Shown here: positions 57,924 to 64,000 of the stretch, in pieces
Layout: each line of letters starts with the position of its first letter
How positions within the stretch are numbered: the stretch's first letter is position 1
DNA from: an uncultured virus (IMG/VR IMGVR_UViG_3300008107_000416)
Taxonomy: Duplodnaviria > Heunggongvirae > Uroviricota > Caudoviricetes
IMG/VR virus record: IMGVR_UViG_3300008107_000416
Strand: one strand, 5' to 3'
DNA length: 64,000 nucleotides
The notes under the pieces: model-generated
Told to the model about the DNA's origin: nothing
Databases searched by the model: none
What the model saw: the letters and a program-made list of their open reading frames with translations, nothing else
Program-made: the position numbers and the translations under genes

Positions 57924-58684
57924 TTATAATGAATATTAAAGGTTTCTTTTTGTTCTTTGATATAAGTTTCGTTCACAACTTTCTTCCAGTCTATGATAGG
58001 ACTGGTGTGATTTTCATCGCAGTGAGTGCTCCAACCAGGCATTGGAGAAATTAAATATCTCTCTTGTTTCTGCAGTTCCCAGAACTTATCATAATCTTTT
58101 GAGAAATGAAATCCCTCTTCTTTTTTCACACCATTTATAGAATGTTTTTGATGTATCTCCAAGTCTTCTATGAGTGTCTTATATTTACAGGCAAAGGTAT
58201 TAGTTGTTACCGGTACTGCTCTCCAATGAGAACTTGGTGTTGCAAAGATTTCACATAAGTATCCTTTTGCAATAAATAAATTAAAGTCATAAAGAGTAAG
58301 ATAATGAGAGTTAATCTCAAATCCTTCTAGCATTATATCACACCAACCAGGACGATGTAAATAATCATCTTCTAGTAAGTAAATGATTTGTTCATCATCA
58401 AAGTTTCTTGATTGGATAATTTCTAATGTTTTTAGAAAACTATCAGTCTCACTTCCACACTTAATGATTTTCACATTCTTTTCTTTTGCAAGAAAGGTCT
58501 TATCAATACTACCATAAAACTCATCATAAACAATCGTATAGTTTATCAAGTCTGGATTGAGAGTATTCTTAAAGTTCTCAAAGACTTTAATCTTATTGAA
58601 CCAAGAAGGTCTTGTTCTGTCTGGAAGTTCTTGGAGTTTTGAGTAATAACAATGTCTTATAAAGACTTCAATTGGTTTTTTCAT
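57920..58684 (-). CDS. GT-A (GT2-like) glycosyltransferase
   Basis: IYLLEDDYLH, TTNTFA, SPMPGWSTH. Confidence 0.7.
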   Translation of the reverse strand: MKKPIEVFIRHCYYSKLQELPDRTRPSWFNKIKVFENFKNTLNPDLINYTIVYDEFYGSIDKTFLAKEKNVKIIKCGSETDSFLKTLEIIQSRNFDDEQIIYLLEDDYLHRPGWCDIMLEGFEINSHYLTLYDFNLFIAKGYLCEIFATPSSHWRAVPVTTNTFACKYKTLIEDLEIHQKHSINGVKKEEGFHFSKDYDKFWELQKQERYLISPMPGWSTHCDENHTSPIIDWKKVVNETYIKEQKETFNIHYK

Positions 58685-59250
58685 TGATACTTCATTTTAT
58701 TTTTTTTAGTTTTATCTATCTTATTAGTTCTCCACTGAATAGTAACTCTTTTTTTGATTGTTCCAGGAACAATACAAGTTACACAATGTACATTATGAGG
58801 GTCTTCTTCTGTTGCAGAGTTTACAACCATAGAGTTATAAGTTGGTTCTATACCTTTGATTTCTTTTGTTTGACTATCTTTATATAAAAATACTCCGCCA
58901 TCATCACTATCCCATTCCTCATTTAAGTATATTGTACCATTATAAGGGTAACAATTATCTGGATGCCAGGTGATATAAGAACCACCACCCCAAACATAAA
59001 TGGAGGGAACAAAGGTTAAATCTTCTTTCTCAAAATCAACATCAAGTGCCGTTTCTATACTACTCTTGATTTCTTTTTCTAAAGTCTTATTTGATATTCT
59101 ATGAGTAAGTATATTGGATGATATGAGACTTAAGTTTTGGTCCCATCCAATACTTGACCCCCATAAATCTGCACCCATTATAGACTTAAAGTAATCCATC
59201 ACATTTTTAATCAAGTGTTCATCTAGAACATTATTATAAGTTCTTATCAT
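58681..59250 (-). CDS. 2OG-Fe(II) prolyl-hydroxylase-like protein
   Basis: ITWHPD, TIYLNEEW..DGG, HCVT, RVTIQ. Confidence 0.85.
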   Translation of the reverse strand: MIRTYNNVLDEHLIKNVMDYFKSIMGADLWGSSIGWDQNLSLISSNILTHRISNKTLEKEIKSSIETALDVDFEKEDLTFVPSIYVWGGGSYITWHPDNCYPYNGTIYLNEEWDSDDGGVFLYKDSQTKEIKGIEPTYNSMVVNSATEEDPHNVHCVTCIVPGTIKKRVTIQWRTNKIDKTKKNKMKYQ

Positions 59251-59268
59251 ATTAACTAGATTTTAATA

Positions 59269-59538
59269 TTATTCTTCATTTTGACTTAAAAGTTCACTTC
59301 CCATTTGTGCGATTTCATCCCAAGTCATTTTTCCAATCTCTTCGTATCCTAATTTTTCTAGTACTAATAAGTAACCTCTTGGAATCACTTCAGTTGAGAA
59401 ATAATACTCAAGTTCTTCATAAAGTGGATTATCAGTATCTATTCTTATTTGTAGTGCTTTTAGAACTTTTTTTACATCTTCAAGTGTTTTAAGTCTTTCA
59501 GTACAAAGTTCAAATCTTCTTACAGGTTTTTCAGTCAT
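59269..59538 (-). CDS. hypothetical protein
   Basis: 89-aa ORF in the operon. Confidence 0.6.
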   Translation of the reverse strand: MTEKPVRRFELCTERLKTLEDVKKVLKALQIRIDTDNPLYEELEYYFSTEVIPRGYLLVLEKLGYEEIGKMTWDEIAQMGSELLSQNEE

Positions 59539-60346
59539 AAGTCACTCCAAATGATTTGAGTTTTGAGTATTTATTCCACCAGTCCAAGTGATGAATATGA
59601 GGGTCTCGTTGTTTCTCAAACTGAATGTGAAGAGCAAGAGAAGGCACAGGATTTAAACGAATCACATAATGTTTCCAGATATTTGAGATTGTATTTCCTT
59701 CGTGAACAAGTTCTTCTATTGGGTCTATTCCATTCCAAGGTGTATATTTTGATGCAAGTTTCTCAAAGACTTCCCAGTGTTCCTGAAAGACTTTAGGTGT
59801 CGTCATCATTGTAAAAGTCGTCCATATTCCTTCTTTCCAGTGTCTTATTGGTGTTCTAAACAATCTTCCAGGAAACATATCTCGTAGTTCATAATCTTCT
59901 GGATTATCAAAAGGAAACAAACAAAGGTCTTTTTGAAGATGATAATAAGACTTTAAATAACTATAAGAAAACAACATTTCTTGGATTGCTTCTATGCAGT
60001 GTAAGTAATCATCTTCTACAGAATATACTAAATCAGCAGTAGAGTTCTTGCAATACTCAAACTGCTTTAATCCACTATGATTAAATCCTTTTACTTCTAA
60101 ATCTATAAGTTGGTATGAATGCTTTGAGTGTTTAAAGATTTTATGAACTTTAGAAATACAATCAGTAGTGCAGTGGTCATTAAGAACAACAAAAGAAATC
60201 TCTGCATCTGTGACTACATTTGCAGAGTTAATCAAGGAAGATAAGCAACCAAGTATCAGGTCTTTTTTGGGTATATCAATATACCTTGGTTTACATCCGT
60301 GTATATTTTGACCATCGTGTATTCTTAAGATGATTTCAAGTTTCAT
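59531..60346 (-). CDS. GT-A (GT2-like) glycosyltransferase
   Basis: LNDH, VYSVEDDYLH; paralogous to 57920..58684. Confidence 0.7.
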   Translation of the reverse strand: MKLEIILRIHDGQNIHGCKPRYIDIPKKDLILGCLSSLINSANVVTDAEISFVVLNDHCTTDCISKVHKIFKHSKHSYQLIDLEVKGFNHSGLKQFEYCKNSTADLVYSVEDDYLHCIEAIQEMLFSYSYLKSYYHLQKDLCLFPFDNPEDYELRDMFPGRLFRTPIRHWKEGIWTTFTMMTTPKVFQEHWEVFEKLASKYTPWNGIDPIEELVHEGNTISNIWKHYVIRLNPVPSLALHIQFEKQRDPHIHHLDWWNKYSKLKSFGVTYD

Positions 60347-61176
60347 TTATACTCAATAAACTTTTTGTCTAACTTTTCAATAATATCAGCATCAATTTTA
60401 TGTCCTTCTTTCCAGAACTCCATATTCATTTCCTTATATTTTTGAACAATTTCTGGAGGTAGAATAAATCTTGGAGGGTTATATTCTACTTTTCTCTTGA
60501 CTGTATGGAGGTCTTTAAGATTACAAGCCTTATCAAAGTTCTCATTTGAGTATTCTACATTCTCAAAGTCGTGAGCATAATAAGGTCTCTCCAGAAACTC
60601 ATAGACCTTTCTCATTGTCTTCTCTGGAGTTTTACATAAGTTCTCATAATCAATCAACATAATCATTTCTGGGTTCATTGCATAACCTTCACGAAGTAGT
60701 ATCCAAGGACCTGCAACAATACCACCATTTCTATCCATCATACCATCACAACGAGCAAATACACTATCTTTGTGTGCTGTAAGAGTTGTAGTATGAAATG
60801 GATTTTTGGATGCAATCAACTCAAAGGAGTTAAGAATAGAAACTATGTCTCTTACAGGACATAAGATTTTAGTATAAGGAAAAAGTGCTTTGAGAAATGG
60901 TGTCTTTTTAGTCCAACCACGAGAACTATCAAAGATGACTGGTTTCTCTATGTGTTTATAATACCCATCAAAAACTCCATACATTAGATTTTTTCTTTGG
61001 TCTTCTGTGATATTAAGGTTATTTTCACCACTTGTAATCACATCAATAGAGTTTCCTGTAAGTCCTTGTACTGGTGATGCAATATCAGCATAGAAGTCTG
61101 GGTTCTGTTTGAGAATACCAGAAAGTAATGTAGAACCAGACCTTGGAAGTCCGGAGATAAAGTAGTAGGATTTCAT
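60343..61176 (-). CDS. sulfotransferase
   Basis: SGLPRSGSTLL PAPS-binding loop, VRD..SIL.S, DYENL. Confidence 0.85.
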   Translation of the reverse strand: MKSYYFISGLPRSGSTLLSGILKQNPDFYADIASPVQGLTGNSIDVITSGENNLNITEDQRKNLMYGVFDGYYKHIEKPVIFDSSRGWTKKTPFLKALFPYTKILCPVRDIVSILNSFELIASKNPFHTTTLTAHKDSVFARCDGMMDRNGGIVAGPWILLREGYAMNPEMIMLIDYENLCKTPEKTMRKVYEFLERPYYAHDFENVEYSNENFDKACNLKDLHTVKRKVEYNPPRFILPPEIVQKYKEMNMEFWKEGHKIDADIIEKLDKKFIEYK

Positions 61177-61182
61177 AAAGAA

Positions 61183-61806
61183 TCAGGTTTCTTCGGTCTG
61201 TGTTGGATATGCAATACTACCTTTAGGAAGAGCAATCAAATTAAATGAGATTGAGATGCGTTCTTCATCGTGATTGTTGGTTTCTACTGAATGTGGTAAG
61301 TAAGAAGGAAAGAGAATAATATTACCTTCTACTGGTTCAATACGAATACTTTCTCCTGTGAACTGGTTCTTCTGTGCAGTAAGAGCACAACCATTCCACA
61401 TTTTATTGATTGCTGGATTTTGGAGTACCAGTTTTCCACTTTCTTCTGGTGCTTGGAGATAGAAGACTCCAGAGAATACATCTCCGTGTACGTGCTCACT
61501 ATTCATACACTGACGAGTATCATTAATGTTTAACCACGCAGAAGTAAGTGCAATATCACAATCCACAAAGTCTAAATCTCCAACTGCCTTAAATCCCAAC
61601 TGACAGAGATACTCAAGGAGTGGTCGTAGTTCTTCTACTCCGTGTAATGTATCTGGTGATTGATAACTAGCAATATTTGATTTTTGTACTGAAGGGTTTT
61701 GGTCCTTATAAGTTCTTACTGCATTCAGGAAGATTTCTTTGTGTTCCTCAAACTCTGGATATTCACTTTGCCAGAGAGGAACTGAATAAATCGGCATTAA
61801 GTTCAT
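61183..61806 (-). CDS. 2OG-Fe(II) oxygenase (TIGR02466-like)
   Basis: WLNIN, HVH, SGVFY, FPSYLPHSV, RISISFN. Confidence 0.85.
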   Translation of the reverse strand: MNLMPIYSVPLWQSEYPEFEEHKEIFLNAVRTYKDQNPSVQKSNIASYQSPDTLHGVEELRPLLEYLCQLGFKAVGDLDFVDCDIALTSAWLNINDTRQCMNSEHVHGDVFSGVFYLQAPEESGKLVLQNPAINKMWNGCALTAQKNQFTGESIRIEPVEGNIILFPSYLPHSVETNNHDEERISISFNLIALPKGSIAYPTQTEET

Positions 61807-61843
61807 AATGATTTCAGTGTAAGTTTCTCGTATTTTACCATAT

Positions 61844-61912
61844 TTAGATTGTTTCGTAAAGGTCATCAATCAGTTCACTTGCGTCTTTATAGATTTGAAG
61901 ATTTTCAACCAT
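61844..61912 (-). pseudogene. 22-codon stub resembling the N-terminus of Avd / four-helix-bundle proteins
   Basis: MVENLQIYKDASELIDDLYETI then stop, directly downstream of an Mtd-like gene. Confidence 0.5.
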
Positions 61913-61964
61913 AGTATGTTTTATAAAAAAATGAGTACAAAATACAAGTATCAAAGTATAAGTA

Positions 61965-63005
61965 TCAATAAGTCACACACCTGAAGGCACGAACTCGGTA
62001 AGGATTGCTCGAATAGGCCGTTAACTGCTGACCGGTATACATTCTCAGCATGCAAGCATTGTAAAACAAATAAGGTAAATAAGGATTATAATTAGAACCT
62101 GGAACCTCTGTACTACTCCAGTAGAAACCAGGGGGGGTGTAACAAGGTGCTGGACCCCAGAAGGACCTACAGCAGTATCCTGGATTCAGGAGTTGTGATA
62201 TTGTTGGAACAAACCAACCGGTGCATCCCGATACACTTTGAGCAGTTGTATTAGCATCATTTCTATCGAACCAGTTTCTTTGGACCTCTGTACTATAAGG
62301 ACTCACAACCCATCTTACTGGTGATGCCTTACATATAAGAAATCCACCTTCATATGAGTCACCAAGATTTATTGGTACAGTAGCAGTAGTAAAACTATAA
62401 GTATTAATCAAGGCATTTGTTAAAGTCGTGGTGATTCCACTAAATGCTCCTGCATCAACCACAACAAAAACATTAGTTGCATCAGGAAGACTTGATACTG
62501 GGTCTATGGTAACTACACCACCAGAAATAGATACTGATGAAGAAGAGACTCCAATGGTCTCATGTACAGTTCCACCAGCACTTCCTGACCTTAATGTGAT
62601 GTTACCAGTTCCCTTTGCTACTGTACCATTAAAAGTAATGATGATATTAGATGCAAGAGCAACATCAGTAGCACCAATCGCAGGACTGAATGTAATGGGT
62701 ACTGGTGGAACATTTATAGAAGTTGCAGTAATTATACCAACCGTAATATTAGAACTTTCTATAGAAGTTGCAGTAATTATACCAACCGTAATATTAGAAC
62801 TTTCTATAGAAGTTGCAGTAATTATACCAACCGTAATATTAGAACTTTCTACTAATTCTTTTTGCAGTGCTTGGCCACCTTGAGTGGTTCCATCCATAAC
62901 AACAAGAGTATCTTTTGATAAATCTACAAACAATTCACCTGCAGCACCAGTTACTGTAGATATGCCAGAAGTCGTATCTCTTCTAAATTGTAAAACTTTT
63001 GACAT
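61965..63005 (-). CDS. Mtd-like receptor-binding protein: Mtd_N + Ig-like + C-type-lectin (DUF1566-like) domain; candidate DGR target
   Basis: QFRRDTT...TGAAGELFVD..TLVVMDG.T.GG; SP..GATDV...ITFN; GWFVPT..QL, YWSSTE...VRAFR. Confidence 0.8.
   Translation of the reverse strand: MSKVLQFRRDTTSGISTVTGAAGELFVDLSKDTLVVMDGTTQGGQALQKELVESSNITVGIITATSIESSNITVGIITATSIESSNITVGIITATSINVPPVPITFSPAIGATDVALASNIIITFNGTVAKGTGNITLRSGSAGGTVHETIGVSSSSVSISGGVVTIDPVSSLPDATNVFVVVDAGAFSGITTTLTNALINTYSFTTATVPINLGDSYEGGFLICKASPVRWVVSPYSTEVQRNWFDRNDANTTAQSVSGCTGWFVPTISQLLNPGYCCRSFWGPAPCYTPPGFYWSSTEVPGSNYNPYLPYLFYNACMLRMYTGQQLTAYSSNPYRVRAFRCVTY
62716..62850. repeat. 3 x 45-bp perfect tandem repeat (ESSNITVGIITATSI)
   Basis: atagaagttgcagtaattataccaaccgtaatattagaactttct repeated three times. 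Confidence 0.95.
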
Positions 63006-63036
63006 TTTATTTTTTAATACTTATTATTGATATTTT

Positions 63037-63044
63037 TATTTATA
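63037..63044 (-). promoter_or_regulatory. T4-type late promoter
   Basis: TATAAATA about 30 nt upstream of the Mtd-like gene. Confidence 0.65.
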
Positions 63045-63062
63045 GAATATATGAAGCAACAA

Positions 63063-64000
63063 TTAAGTATTTAAGTCAAACTGTCCAGTTCCAACTTCCA
63101 AATCAAGAGTTCCAGATTGAGATTCCAAATCTCCAGTTGGGGAGAATGCACTTCCTGTACTGCGAACTAAACTTCTATTAAGAATAATAGTAGTCTGTTC
63201 AGAAGAAGATGGTGTTAATGATAATATAAAATTAGATCCACTTATAGATCCAGTAAAAATTCCACAAGCAGCATTTAATGTAATAACATTGGATTCAAGT
63301 AAATATGGACTTGTTCCATCATGTAAAACAGTAATTTCAACAACATGATAATCACTACCATTAGTTAATTGAGCATAATACTTAGCACTTCTATACAAGT
63401 CTGTTGAAAAAGTATCAATTCCAACTTGATTTGTAGATGCCGTAGTTATAGTTTTTGTATCTACAATGATATTATTAGTATTATAACTTGTATCAGCAAT
63501 TCCAATAATATTTGTATTAGATATATATGAATTAACTACCCCAACAGCAAGGGTGGATGTGTTATTAGAAGTTACTGTTTCATTTGGATTTGTTGTACCG
63601 ATACCAACACTAGAAAGTGTGTGAATGCCAGCGTTTGTTGTAACCCATTGAGATTGAGAAATTCCAGTTAATCCAGATCCATCACCATAAATCTTATAAG
63701 CAGTGACAATACCAGCAGCCAATACCGCTGTGTTAGCGGATGTTACGACAGCAGTTGGATTTGTTGTACCTATACCGACATTAGAAAGTGTACTTGAAGA
63801 TCCAACAGTTAAAATACCAACAACTCTTACATCACCATTCACAAGAAGTGCTGTTGATCCAGATCCTACAATGTGAACTTTTGCTTGTGGATTTGTGGTT
63901 CCTATACCAACATTAGAAAGTGTATGAATTCCAGCAGAGTTTCCTACCCAATAATTAATGTAAGCACCAGAGTTTGCATCAACCCACTGAGTTGAATCAC
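63063..64000 (-). CDS. tail fibre / structural protein (5' end outside the window)
   Basis: frame open to the window edge; GIHTLSNVGIGTTNP repeats; YRSAKY..Q...HDG domain. Confidence 0.8.
   Translation of the reverse strand, partial: DSTQWVDANSGAYINYWVGNSAGIHTLSNVGIGTTNPQAKVHIVGSGSTALLVNGDVRVVGILTVGSSSTLSNVGIGTTNPTAVVTSANTAVLAAGIVTAYKIYGDGSGLTGISQSQWVTTNAGIHTLSSVGIGTTNPNETVTSNNTSTLAVGVVNSYISNTNIIGIADTSYNTNNIIVDTKTITTASTNQVGIDTFSTDLYRSAKYYAQLTNGSDYHVVEITVLHDGTSPYLLESNVITLNAACGIFTGSISGSNFILSLTPSSSEQTTIILNRSLVRSTGSAFSPTGDLESQSGTLDLEVGTGQFDLNT

Noticed and set aside
62716..62850. 45-bp repeats as a mini CRISPR array
   Set aside because: Head-to-tail with no spacers, and in frame within a CDS.
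1..64000. Stop-codon reassignment as an explanation for the short or broken genes
   Set aside because: Core genes translate full length in code 11, and no suppressor tRNA is present.

Overview
This 64-kb window is a segment of a T4-like cyanophage (Kyanoviridae-type myovirus), with almost all genes on the minus strand. In window order it contains: (1) small early hypothetical genes and an SF2 helicase; (2) large tail-fibre genes and three tRNAs (Leu-UAA, CAU, Ile-UAU); (3) the baseplate/tail module (gp5-like, gp26, gp51, gp54-like, gp4, gp48, gp53); (4) a replication/late-transcription block (gp32, gp59, gp33, exonuclease, phoH, thyX); (5) a micro-ORF operon headed by DUF4278; and (6) a ~26-kb accessory island of collagen-like fibres, fibre-tip/chaperone pairs, 2OG-Fe(II) oxygenases, glycosyltransferases, sulfotransferases and an FkbM-radical SAM fusion. 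The most striking signal is at 35.4-36.4 kb: two tandem glutamine-riboswitch-like aptamers, each carrying a paralogous small ORF inside its P2 arm, with an NtcA-type box upstream and a coupled micro-ORF operon downstream. A second is an Mtd-like DGR target gene followed by a 22-codon avd-like stub, with no TR or RT in the window. Several genes also show sharp deletions or frameshifts (mom-like, baseplate hub, tape-measure-like, oxygenases). All calls were made by eye from sequence motifs; no database searches were run.
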